64,000 nucleotides of DNA, from contig JAFTYE010000003.1 in NCBI GenBank assembly GCA_017464805.1, positions 10,259 through 74,258 on the forward strand, in the 5' to 3' direction. This DNA is from Clostridia bacterium (GTDB lineage Bacteria > Bacillota > Clostridia > Oscillospirales > CAG-272). The first letter of the stretch is position 1. Each line of letters opens with the position of its first letter. A program made the translations under genes and the position numbers. The notes beneath the pieces are model-generated. The model saw only the letters and a program-made list of their open reading frames with translations. It did not search any database and was not told the origin of the DNA. This document shows, piece after piece, positions 8,638 through 17,602 of this stretch.

Positions 8638-11037
8638 TTGCTGTTCGATGAAAAAATGGGCAAAATTCGGCTTTCGATCGGGGAGCTGGTGGCCCTTTCC
8701 CTACATCGCTATGCCAGCGAGGTGGCAAATGACCGCGACAACGATATCCTCACCCCCATGCCGCCCGTTCCTCGCGCGGGGGAGCACAGCATTCCCGTCA
8801 TACACGAATTTTTCGCTCACGGCCACGACTTCGTTTTGACGGGCGAGGCACAGGGGGACGAGCCATCCGCCATCCCGGGACTTCCACCCTGTGTCATTGT
8901 GCGCCGCGCCATCCCCTCGGATCCCGAATACCCCTCGCGCGAGATCCTTCGCCGCGTACGCGGCGAGGCCTTCGGGCTTGCCTACCTGTTTATCAAGGAG
9001 CACGATCTTCCCGCCGTGCGGATGCGCGTGATTCTCTCTTGCCCCGCGCAGGGCAAGGAAAATTCCCTCGAGGAGACCGTCACGCGCGCGGCGGCTGAAA
9101 AATTCTTCTCCCGCCTTACTGCCTGCCTTGCAGGCGTGGCGGCCGTGGAGCTTGACCGCGTGCGTCGCCGCATGCCCACTTTGCGCTCCCTTGCTTTCCC
9201 CTATAAGGTGAGAAGGGAAGCGCAAAACGATCTCGTGCAGGCCGCCTGGCACACCATCCGCAGGAAACGCCGTCTGTTCGTCTGCGCCCCCACGGGCACG
9301 GGCAAAACGGCAGGCGTTCTGTACCCCGCCCTGCGCGCGTTGGGAGAGGGTGACTGCGAGCGCGTGTTCTATCTCACCCCCAAAACCACCACCGCCCGCG
9401 CAGCGGCCGAGGCGCTGGAGCGCTTTGCCGCGACAGGGGCAGAGCTCCGCGCCGTGATCCTCTCGGCCAAGGAACGCATCTGTACCGAGGGCATGGCCTG
9501 TCGAGAGCCGCTTTCCCCCTGCCGAGTGTACGCCGCAGGCGGTGAGCGGGAGGAGGCCGCCGCGCGCGCCCTGTTCGAATCGGCCGTCACGGTCGTGACC
9601 GAGCGGGAGATCAAAGCGACCGCTGCCGAATTCGGCGTCTGCCCATATGAGCTTTCCCTGCGATACAGCATGCTCTGCGATGTCATCATCTGCGACTATA
9701 ACTACCTGTTCGATACTCGCGTATATTTGCGGCGGTACTTTGACCGCCACGGCCGCTACGTGTTCCTTGTGGACGAGGCGCACGAGCTGCCCGAGCGCGC
9801 AAGGGACATGTATTCTGCCTCGCTGTCCCTTTCTTCGCTTGACGGACTGCTTTTGCACGCGCGCACCGAGTCCGCCGCCGATAAGATCACCGCGGCCATC
9901 AAGGAGCTGCGTGCCCTGTTCATGTCAACCATGAAGAACGCCCTGTCGGGCGAGCGCAGCTATACCGATCCGGACGGTACGACCCATTCCTTCGCCTCGG
10001 GCAAGGAAGCCCCCTACGAGCTGATGTTCGCCGCCTCCCGCGCCGCGGAGCTGGGGATCGTCGCACAGGGCGACCGTACCCTGCCGCTTGCGTTCCGACG
10101 CACGCTGGCAAGCCTTTGTTACCCCCTGCGGGATTTTGCCGCCCGCGCCAATTTGTACGACGGTGGCTTTGAGACCTTCTACATACGAGAGGGCGAGGAA
10201 TTTACCGTGTCCGTGCGCTGTCTCGACCCTGCCGCTGTGCTGGACAGCCGCCTCTCGCTCGGGGACAGTGCGGTGCTCTTTTCCGCGACCCTGACACCCC
10301 CCGATTATTACCGCGCGGTGCTGGGCGGAAACCCGCACGACGAGGTGTTGCTGCTCGATTCCCCCTTTGAGGCGGAAAACCTCTGTGTCGCGGTCCTGGA
10401 TACCGTCAGCACGCGCTTTGCCTCGCGCACCGAAAGCGCACCCGCCATCGCGGAGGCCATCTATGCCATGGTGTCCGCGAAAACGGGCAACTATTTCGTC
10501 TTTTGTCCGTCCTTTGCCTACATGGACGAGGTCTGCCGCGTCTTTCACGCAAAATATCCCGCCGTTCGTCTGCGGGCGCAGATCAAGGGCGGCGGAACCG
10601 CCGCGCGCGAGGAATTTCTTTCCTCGTTTGTCGAAAATCCGACCGAAACGCTGGTCGGCTTTTGCGTCACGGGCGGTGTGTTTGCCGAGGGCATTGACCT
10701 TGTCGGCACGCGCCTGATCGGCGCGGCAGTGGTCGGCGTGGCCATGCCGAACCCAACCCCCGAGCGCGAGGCCATGAGCGCCTATTATGCCGACCGCTAC
10801 GAGGCGGGCCGTGAATTTGCCTATCTCTATCCCGGCATGAACCGCGTCCTGCAGGCCGCAGGGCGGGTCATCCGTACCGAGGGGGACAGGGGCACCTTGC
10901 TCCTTATCGACGACCGCTTCGGCGATCCCTTCTACCGTTCCCGCATCCCCGCCCATTGGCGGCATCTGAAATTTGTGGGGGACGCGCATGCCGTGTCCGC
11001 CCTGTTCCGCCGCTTCTGGCAAGAAAAGCAACCTTAG
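8638..11037 (+). CDS. DinG/Rad3-like ATP-dependent DNA helicase
   Basis: Walker A CAPTGTGKT, DEAH box (VDEAHEL), a Cys-rich insert (ICTEGMACREPLSPC) and C-terminal helicase motifs (QAAGRVIRTEGD). The start is uncertain. TTG 8638 has a GAGGTG RBS; the alternatives are ATG 8581 and ATG 8656. Confidence 0.8.
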   Translation: MLFDEKMGKIRLSIGELVALSLHRYASEVANDRDNDILTPMPPVPRAGEHSIPVIHEFFAHGHDFVLTGEAQGDEPSAIPGLPPCVIVRRAIPSDPEYPSREILRRVRGEAFGLAYLFIKEHDLPAVRMRVILSCPAQGKENSLEETVTRAAAEKFFSRLTACLAGVAAVELDRVRRRMPTLRSLAFPYKVRREAQNDLVQAAWHTIRRKRRLFVCAPTGTGKTAGVLYPALRALGEGDCERVFYLTPKTTTARAAAEALERFAATGAELRAVILSAKERICTEGMACREPLSPCRVYAAGGEREEAAARALFESAVTVVTEREIKATAAEFGVCPYELSLRYSMLCDVIICDYNYLFDTRVYLRRYFDRHGRYVFLVDEAHELPERARDMYSASLSLSSLDGLLLHARTESAADKITAAIKELRALFMSTMKNALSGERSYTDPDGTTHSFASGKEAPYELMFAASRAAELGIVAQGDRTLPLAFRRTLASLCYPLRDFAARANLYDGGFETFYIREGEEFTVSVRCLDPAAVLDSRLSLGDSAVLFSATLTPPDYYRAVLGGNPHDEVLLLDSPFEAENLCVAVLDTVSTRFASRTESAPAIAEAIYAMVSAKTGNYFVFCPSFAYMDEVCRVFHAKYPAVRLRAQIKGGGTAAREEFLSSFVENPTETLVGFCVTGGVFAEGIDLVGTRLIGAAVVGVAMPNPTPEREAMSAYYADRYEAGREFAYLYPGMNRVLQAAGRVIRTEGDRGTLLLIDDRFGDPFYRSRIPAHWRHLKFVGDAHAVSALFRRFWQEKQP

Positions 11038-11055
11038 ATGATAAAGGAGAAAACC

Positions 11056-11574
11056 ATGGAATTTGAAAAGCTGATCGCTGAGCGGTATTCGGTGCGGAAG
11101 TTCAAGCCCGAGCATCTTCCGCAGGACGTGATCGACAAAATGCTCGCCGCCGCAAGCCTTGCCCCCACGGGCTGTAACAATCAGCCGCAGCGAATCCTCG
11201 TGCTGAACACCGATGAAGCAATCGAGAAATTGCGCCCCTGCACCAAATGTCATTTTCACGCCCCCACGGCCCTGCTTGTGTGCCATAACACGGCGGAAAG
11301 CTGGCGGCGCGTGTACGACGGCGCGCTCTCCTCGCCCGTGGATGGAGCGATCGTTGCCACCCACGTGATGCTTGCCGCGCACAACGCGGGGGTCGGCTGT
11401 TGCTGGGTTATGCACTTTAACCCCGCCGCCCTGCGCGAGGCGTTTTCGATCCCCGAGGGGATTGAGCCGCTGGCTCTTTTGGTGATGGGATACCCCGCCG
11501 AGGATGCCAAGCCCCTGGAGCTGCACTACGCGACTCGCCCGACCGAGGAGCTGGTCGTTTACGATCATTTTTGA
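11056..11574 (+). CDS. nitroreductase family protein
   Basis: MEFEKLIAERYSVRKF... is a typical nitroreductase N-terminus. An AAGGAGA RBS precedes ATG 11056. Confidence 0.85.
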   Translation: MEFEKLIAERYSVRKFKPEHLPQDVIDKMLAAASLAPTGCNNQPQRILVLNTDEAIEKLRPCTKCHFHAPTALLVCHNTAESWRRVYDGALSSPVDGAIVATHVMLAAHNAGVGCCWVMHFNPAALREAFSIPEGIEPLALLVMGYPAEDAKPLELHYATRPTEELVVYDHF

Positions 11575-11590
11575 AAGAAAGGAACCCATT

Positions 11591-12124
11591 ATGTCAAACA
11601 TCTGGCACGACATTTCGCCGAAACGAATCACCCCCGAGGACTTCATGTGCGTGGTGGAGATCACCAAGGGAAGCAAAAAGAAGTATGAGCTGGACAAGGA
11701 AACCGGCTTCATCATGCTGGACAGGATCCTCTACACCTCGACGCACTACCCCGCCAACTACGGCTTTATTCCGCGCACCTTCGGTGACGACGGCGACCCG
11801 CTCGACGTTCTCTTGATATGCGCGGAATCCATTGAACCCATGACGCTGGTGCGCGCCTACCCCATCGGGGTCATTTCCATGGTGGACAACGGAAGGCAGG
11901 ACGAAAAGATCATCGCCATCCCCTTCGGCGACCCCAACTATAACCACTACACGAACATCGATCAGCTGCCCGTGCATCTGTTTGAGGAAATGCGCCACTT
12001 CTTCGCCGTCTACAAGAATCTCGAGAACAAGACCACCGCCGTCAACGAGGTCAGCCCGCGCGAGGACGCCGTGCGGATCATCGAAAACGGCATCAACAGC
12101 TATATTGATACCTTCTGTAAATAA
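11591..12124 (+). CDS. ppa: inorganic pyrophosphatase (family I)
   Basis: Signature ...YPANYGFIPRTFGDDGDPLDVLL...; 177 aa from ATG 11591. Confidence 0.92.
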   Translation: MSNIWHDISPKRITPEDFMCVVEITKGSKKKYELDKETGFIMLDRILYTSTHYPANYGFIPRTFGDDGDPLDVLLICAESIEPMTLVRAYPIGVISMVDNGRQDEKIIAIPFGDPNYNHYTNIDQLPVHLFEEMRHFFAVYKNLENKTTAVNEVSPREDAVRIIENGINSYIDTFCK

Positions 12125-12167
12125 AAACATCAAGCCCCGAACAGCGTTCGGGGCTTGATGTTTGTTG
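12125..12167. terminator. bidirectional intrinsic terminator
   Basis: ATCAAGCCCCGAAcagcgTTCGGGGCTTGAT with flanking A and T runs, between convergent ppa and the CYTH gene. Confidence 0.75.
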
Positions 12168-12170
12168 CGA

Positions 12171-12689
12171 TCACAACGGATCGCATGGCAACTCCTTTGC
12201 CAGTGCGGCGTTTTTGTACCGCTTATCGGCCGTGATCTCGCGTACCACGGACAGGCACGGGGGCAGAGAAAAGGCCTCGTCCTCGGATGCCAGCTCTACC
12301 TCGACCGTTGCGCGGTCGTGCCAGAACTCGTAGACATCCACCTCGGCCGTGTGGCCGTCCTCGCAGGGGATGGCGTAGCGCGTTTTTTCGATCGTCATGC
12401 GCGCCGTGTCGCGCTCGCCGAGCAAAGAGGCGTATTCAAGCAGGTCGATCTCCCGCTCACGCTCCTCTGCCGTGGCGGGACTGATCCGCACCTTCTCGGT
12501 ATAGAAATAGCGCAGGTCATTCCCCTCGCGCAAGCGGCGCACGCGGCGGGACAGTCCGCGCGGCGCGACGAGGTAGGTCTGTTCGATATGAAAGACATGC
12601 GCGCCGGCGGCGATAAGGTCTTCCGTGCGCGGCATGTGGATGAGAAACTTGCGCTCGATCTCGAGTGGTGGGGCATGCTTTTCTGCCAT
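12171..12689 (-). CDS. CYTH domain protein (triphosphatase/CyaB-like)
   Basis: The N-terminal EIERKFLI motif is characteristic of CYTH. ATG 12689 follows an AAAGGAAGTG RBS. Confidence 0.8.
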   Translation of the reverse strand: MAEKHAPPLEIERKFLIHMPRTEDLIAAGAHVFHIEQTYLVAPRGLSRRVRRLREGNDLRYFYTEKVRISPATAEEREREIDLLEYASLLGERDTARMTIEKTRYAIPCEDGHTAEVDVYEFWHDRATVEVELASEDEAFSLPPCLSVVREITADKRYKNAALAKELPCDPL

Positions 12690-12777
12690 AGGGTCACTTC
12701 CTTTCGCCCTTATTGTACCATAAATGTGAGCAAATAAAAAGGGGATTGTGAATTTTTTTCGCATCCCGAAAATTCTC

Positions 12778-12806
12778 TTGCAAGCAGGACGGCGGCATGA
12801 TACAAT
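12778..12806 (+). promoter_or_regulatory. sigma-70-type promoter (TTGCAA-17-TACAAT)
   Basis: TTGCAAgcaggacggcggcatgaTACAAT, 25 nt before the 12831 start. Confidence 0.55.
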
Positions 12807-12830
12807 AAAAGAAAAAAGGGGGAAAGCGGT

Positions 12831-13205
12831 ATGAAAGAAAAAACCAAACAGCTCTTACAAAAGACCCTTACCTTTTTGCGTCATCTTTGCTCCTTTTTCC
12901 TCAACCCGCGTTTCCTTCTCTGCTTCGGCATCGGCTGGATGATCACCAACGGCTGGAGCTACCTGTTTCTGTTCTTCGGCCTGCGCTTCGGCATCACCTG
13001 GATGACGGCCGTCGGATCGGCGTACATGGCGTTCCTCTGGTTTCCCTTCACCCCCGAAAAGATCCTGACCCTTATCATCGCCCTGTTTCTTTTGCGCCTC
13101 TTCTTCCCGAACGACAAGGCCACCTTGCAGGTGTTGCGCGATATGCTCACAAGCGAAAATCGCAAAGCCAAAAAGAAAAAAAACAAGGCCGAGCAAACCG
13201 AATAA
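12831..13205 (+). CDS. small membrane protein, unknown function
   Basis: Three predicted TM helices and a Lys-rich tail; RBS GGGGGAAAG; promoter and terminator present. Confidence 0.6.
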   Translation: MKEKTKQLLQKTLTFLRHLCSFFLNPRFLLCFGIGWMITNGWSYLFLFFGLRFGITWMTAVGSAYMAFLWFPFTPEKILTLIIALFLLRLFFPNDKATLQVLRDMLTSENRKAKKKKNKAEQTE

Positions 13206-13237
13206 AAAGCCGCTTGCAAGCAAGCGGCTTTTCTTTT
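13204..13237. terminator. bidirectional intrinsic terminator
   Basis: aaaaGCCGCTTGCaaGCAAGCGGCttttctttt between convergent genes. Confidence 0.8.
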
Positions 13238-15407
13238 ATCCCACCACCGAAAACCGTACGCGGCGGCGGGAGATGTCCGCCTCTTCCACGCGCACGCGCA
13301 GAGGCGTGCCGACGGTGTACACCGCCTCACCCGCGCGGAGTGTGTAGGTCCCCTCGTTAAAGTACACGTCATCCTCAAAGTCCTCGACGGGGATCATGCC
13401 CTCGCAGGTGTTGGGTAGCTCCGCAAACAGGCCAAAGGCCGCACAGCCCGACACGACCGCGTCGAATTCCTCACCCTCGTGGGCCTTCATATACGCGGTT
13501 TTGTAAAGGGCCTCGATCTCGCGCTCGGCTTCCAGTGCGCGCAGCTCGCAGTCGCTTGCCGCCTCGGCGGCGCGGACAGCGTAGCCCTTGTACCTCTTCG
13601 TCTCTTCACCGTCCAGCAGAACAGCCTTGAGCATGCGGTGGGTCGCCAGATCCGACAGACGGCGGATCGGCGAGGTGAAATGACAGTAATTTGCAATGCC
13701 AAGCCCGAAATGCCCCAGGCATTTTTCGCTGTATTTGGCCTTGGCCATCGCACGGAGCAGCGAGTAGGACACCGCGCGTGAGATGCCCTTTTCCTTTGCC
13801 TCGGTAAGCAGACCGGCAAAGTCGCGCCCGTCGATGTCCTCCTGCGCCTTGGCAGGTGTTTTCAGACCCAGGTTGTGTGCGTAAAGCAGAAATTCCTGTA
13901 GCTTGCCCGCCTCGGGCTTCTCATGCACGCGGTACACGCAGGGGATGCCGCGATCGCGGCAAAGGGTGGCTACGCCTTCGTTCGCCGTCAGCATAAACTG
14001 CTCGATCATGCGTTCAGCCTCGCCGCGCTCGCGGCAGAAGATGTCCTGCACGTCCCCCGCTTCGTCGAGAATCAGGATCGGCTCGGGTCGGTCAAAATCC
14101 ATCGCGCCCCGCGCCTCGGCGCGTGCGGCCAGGATGCCGTACAGCTCGCGCATGCGGCCAAGGGCGGGCGCGACCGCGCGGTATTTGCCCGCATATTCAC
14201 TCTCCTTGCCCCGTTCGAATAGATCGTTGACCTCCTCGTATACCCCGCGCACGCGGGAACGGATCAGGGTGCGGCGAACCTCGGTCTTTTGGATCTCGCC
14301 CTCGGCGGACAGCGTGAGAAAAGCGGAGAGGGCGTATTTGTCCTCGCCTGCGTTCAGCGAGCAGGCACCGTTGGACAGGGCCTTCGGCAACATGGGCACC
14401 ACGCGGTCGGCAAAATACAGGCTTGTGCCGCGGCGAATGGCCTCTTTGTCGGTCTCGCTGCCCGCCGTCACGTATTCGCTGACATCCGCGATGTGCACGC
14501 CAAGCAGCCAGCCGCCCTTCGGCAGGCGGCGCAGGGAAACGGCATCGTCCAGATCCTTCGCGCCCGCGCCGTCGATGGTCAGAATGGCCTCGTTTTCAAG
14601 GCGCACGCGCCCGTTTCCCTCGGAAAGCGGCAGGGCGGCGCGCTCCACGGCCTCGCGCTCCACGGCCTCAGGAAATTCCACCCGCACGTCCAGGGCGGAC
14701 AGGATCGCCTCGTAGTTGGCGCCGCGGTCGACGGCAGGCCCGAATACCCGCGAAATGCGGCCGTGAAGTCCCCGCGCACGGTCATCTGAGAGCAGGACCT
14801 CGACCTTGTCACCGTCCGCGCCCTCCCCCGAATCCGAAAGCCACACGTCCTGTCCGATTCGTGGGTTGTCCGCGCGCACGTAGGCGTAGGTTCTTCGGTT
14901 GCGGCCAAAGCCGCTGACCCCCGTGTACAGCGTGCCGATCAGATAGCGGCTTGCAAAAGAAAGGATACGTGTGACCTCGCCCTCGGTCTTTTCCTCCTCC
15001 TTGCCATCACGGCGGGAGGTAAAGCTGTGGTATCGCACGCGCACGGTGTCCCCGTCGGTCGCACCGTGAACGGCAACGGCAGGGATAAAGATATCCTCGC
15101 CGCCCCCGTCGGGGGTTACGAAGCCAAAGCCGCGCGCGGTGCCGTGGAAGATGCCCTCGGCGGACTTTTCATTCTTATTCGATGCCTTGTCGCGCAGTAG
15201 AGAAGAGCGCGGCCTGCCCGTGTGCCGCGCGGCCGCGGAACGCTCGAATTTGCGTCGGGCTCCCTCGGTGCGGCAGTCCTGTACCCCATCGGGCAGGGCG
15301 GCCATCATGTCGGCACGCTTGCGCGCGGCGCGCTTCGCGGCGATCATCTTTTGGCTTGCCTTGCGCATTGTTTGCTTTTTTTGTTGCTTTTTGCTTTGCT
15401 TCTTCAT
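13236..15407 (-). CDS. rnr: ribonuclease R
   Basis: 723 aa. It has a basic N-terminal tail, cold-shock-like domains, an RNB catalytic core (...LDDAVSL..., HFGLG..YCHFTSPIRR) and a C-terminal S1 domain. Confidence 0.92.
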   Translation of the reverse strand: MKKQSKKQQKKQTMRKASQKMIAAKRAARKRADMMAALPDGVQDCRTEGARRKFERSAAARHTGRPRSSLLRDKASNKNEKSAEGIFHGTARGFGFVTPDGGGEDIFIPAVAVHGATDGDTVRVRYHSFTSRRDGKEEEKTEGEVTRILSFASRYLIGTLYTGVSGFGRNRRTYAYVRADNPRIGQDVWLSDSGEGADGDKVEVLLSDDRARGLHGRISRVFGPAVDRGANYEAILSALDVRVEFPEAVEREAVERAALPLSEGNGRVRLENEAILTIDGAGAKDLDDAVSLRRLPKGGWLLGVHIADVSEYVTAGSETDKEAIRRGTSLYFADRVVPMLPKALSNGACSLNAGEDKYALSAFLTLSAEGEIQKTEVRRTLIRSRVRGVYEEVNDLFERGKESEYAGKYRAVAPALGRMRELYGILAARAEARGAMDFDRPEPILILDEAGDVQDIFCRERGEAERMIEQFMLTANEGVATLCRDRGIPCVYRVHEKPEAGKLQEFLLYAHNLGLKTPAKAQEDIDGRDFAGLLTEAKEKGISRAVSYSLLRAMAKAKYSEKCLGHFGLGIANYCHFTSPIRRLSDLATHRMLKAVLLDGEETKRYKGYAVRAAEAASDCELRALEAEREIEALYKTAYMKAHEGEEFDAVVSGCAAFGLFAELPNTCEGMIPVEDFEDDVYFNEGTYTLRAGEAVYTVGTPLRVRVEEADISRRRVRFSVVG

Positions 15408-15420
15408 ATAACTCCTTATA

Positions 15421-15452
15421 AAAGAAAAGCGCGGGAATCATCCCGCGCTTTT
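15421..15452 (-). terminator. intrinsic terminator after secG
   Basis: GCGCGGGAtgatTCCCGCGC followed by a T-rich run on the minus strand. Confidence 0.7.
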
Positions 15453-15454
15453 CA

Positions 15455-15787
15455 TCAGTCTTCCTCGACGATCTCGGTAACGGTGGTACTGTTATAAGGC
15501 GAAATGCCCCAATAATCAGCCGAGTTGACGATGGACTGCTTCACATCCGGCATAAGGATGTAAACGACCAACACGACCAGCACGAACACGACGCCGATCA
15601 CCGTCGTCCAACGGGAGATCAGACGATCGAATCGCTTGCCCTTCTCCTTGCCGAAAAAGGTCTCTGCACCGCCGGCGATCGCGCCGGAAAGACCGTGGGA
15701 TTTGCCGTGCTGCATCAGCACAGCGGCAACCAGGAACACGCCTGCTACAAGAAGCAGGATCTCAAAAATCAAAATTACGGTATCCAT
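15455..15787 (-). CDS. secG: preprotein translocase subunit SecG
   Basis: Two TM helices with ...LMQHGKSHGLSGAIAGGAETFFG..., typical of SecG; 110 aa. Confidence 0.8.
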   Translation of the reverse strand: MDTVILIFEILLLVAGVFLVAAVLMQHGKSHGLSGAIAGGAETFFGKEKGKRFDRLISRWTTVIGVVFVLVVLVVYILMPDVKQSIVNSADYWGISPYNSTTVTEIVEED

Positions 15788-15915
15788 GAGGGGAAAATTC
15801 CTTCCTTATTGTTGTATGTTTGTCGGCATTTTATCCATACCGATCATTCGCACACGGGTATTATACCACATTAAAGCACGGAATGCAAGAGGATTTTTAT
15901 ATTTTTTCGAAAACC

Positions 15916-17430
15916 TTACATTTTTCCGCTTTTCATCTGGGCGGCCAGCAGGGCGTCGCATGCCTTTTCGCTGAAAATACGGGACATGGCCAGCTTCGCA
16001 CCGATGGCACGCATCGCAGCCTCGGAGGGCAGAGGCAGATCAGCAAACTCGCTTGCGTTGATCTGCTTGGAGCGCGAAACGATCTGGTAATACTTGCCGT
16101 AAAGCGAGGAGTTGAGCACGGCAAACAAACCGTAGACCATGTTGAAGTCCATTTCCCGGTCGTCCTCGTAGTCGATGTAGTTGAGCTTATTGTGCGTGCT
16201 GATCAGACGGTCGCGCGGAGCCTGCGAGGCAAGGTAAACACCGCAGAACAGGGCCTTTTTGTCGCTCTTGGCGGGAACGCGCTTGATCATCAGCATGTTG
16301 CGGTTTTTCTGCAAAATCGAGGGAACGGCAGGCAGAATGTACTGCTTCTTCACGGCAGGGTTGGGGAACACCACCTGGCCGAGGCGAATGCCCGAGGGGT
16401 GGATCATCGGAACCGCACCGTCGCCCGGCTTCTCGCGGAGCAGGTCGGGATAGCGAGATTCCAGCGTCAGACCCGTTTTCATACGCAGGCCGAGAGAGGA
16501 CAGCGTGCAGGGGAACTTGGCAACGGTGGCCAGAACCGCGGCCTCTTCGTCACTTTTGAGCAGGAGCAGGGAATGCTCCTCGCCGCGCACCACGTCGCCG
16601 TAGGGCAGCTTCATATCCGACACCACGGCCGTGTCCTCACCGTAGGAGGTAGTTACGTGCACGGTGGCGGGCTTTTTGTCGGTGTTCTTAAAGGAAACGA
16701 TCATGTTCTTGCGCGCCTCGTCCAAGAGACGGTCACTCTGCGTACGATTGAGGAAGACGTGCGCGCCCGTCAGGACCGTGCGGTCGAACATGTAGCGGCG
16801 GATCTTTTCCACGTACGCGCCCGTCGCATACACGACGGGGAGCAGGAGCACGGCTTCGCCGTTCGGAACAAGCGAAGCGGAAACGGCGGCTGCAAACATG
16901 TAAGCGAGATCGGTCTCGCCGCTGCACAGGCGGCGGCAAACGGCGTACTCGGGGCTATCGGTCTTCATCAGCTCACGAGGCGGGTTGGAGATGGCCAGGT
17001 CATAGTAGACCTTGTCCAGCATCGAAACGCGCGGATCGTCGGGCGTCATCTTGCCCTGTGCGAGGATGTAGTTTTCCTCCTTCACCGTATAGCGCAGACG
17101 AACCTTGTAGTCGTGCAGCATCTTCTTGCGGATGCGCTCGAGGTTGTCCTTCAGCATCGGCAGGAATTCTTCGTTCGTCTCGTAGCAGTCAACGAAGATC
17201 TCCTTGGCCTTGCCGGCCTTGGCAAGCCTCTCGACCACGGCGGCAGCCAGAATACCCGTGCCCGAACCTGCATCCAGCACCGAAACGCTCTCCTTTTTCG
17301 GCAAGGTCAGCATGTCGGCCATGAGGGCGGCCTGTTCTTTTTTGGTAAAATAGCGTCCGATGCGGATGTTTTCCTCCTCCACCTTGCGGCGAATGAGCTT
17401 CTTGGTATTGCGAACGGCAAGACTGAGCAT
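15916..17430 (-). CDS. N6-adenine DNA methyltransferase-like protein (gamma-class, Eco57I/TaqI-like), orphan
   Basis: Motif I VLDAGSGTGIL comes before a motif IV-like DLAISNPPRE, followed by a roughly 250-aa C-terminal TRD-like region. GGAGGTG RBS. No nuclease partner is adjacent. Confidence 0.65.
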   Translation of the reverse strand: MLSLAVRNTKKLIRRKVEEENIRIGRYFTKKEQAALMADMLTLPKKESVSVLDAGSGTGILAAAVVERLAKAGKAKEIFVDCYETNEEFLPMLKDNLERIRKKMLHDYKVRLRYTVKEENYILAQGKMTPDDPRVSMLDKVYYDLAISNPPRELMKTDSPEYAVCRRLCSGETDLAYMFAAAVSASLVPNGEAVLLLPVVYATGAYVEKIRRYMFDRTVLTGAHVFLNRTQSDRLLDEARKNMIVSFKNTDKKPATVHVTTSYGEDTAVVSDMKLPYGDVVRGEEHSLLLLKSDEEAAVLATVAKFPCTLSSLGLRMKTGLTLESRYPDLLREKPGDGAVPMIHPSGIRLGQVVFPNPAVKKQYILPAVPSILQKNRNMLMIKRVPAKSDKKALFCGVYLASQAPRDRLISTHNKLNYIDYEDDREMDFNMVYGLFAVLNSSLYGKYYQIVSRSKQINASEFADLPLPSEAAMRAIGAKLAMSRIFSEKACDALLAAQMKSGKM

Positions 17431-17602
17431 AACGCACCTCCGATAAATTGGAAAAATCCGTTGTTTTTACTAAATTATAACATAAAATTAGGGCAGAATC
17501 AATAGCAAGGAAGGATATTTTTCGTTTTATCTTGCAAAATTTCGTCGAAAATGGTATACTTATTTCAAGAAAATTTCAAGAAAAGCAAATCGGAGGCGCG
17601 CC

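Noticed and set aside
9925-11715. Other long ORFs antisense to or overlapping recognised genes (for example 3163..4446 -, 9925..11715 -, 15820..17505 +, 17576..18796 -, 20200..21582 -, 21510..22697 -, 32649..34094 +, 8701..9858 -).
   Set aside because: They lie opposite strongly recognisable genes (SDR, helicase/nitroreductase, MTase, sbcD-like, uvrB, uvrA, membrane protein). Their Arg/Gly/His-rich composition is typical of high-GC antisense frames.
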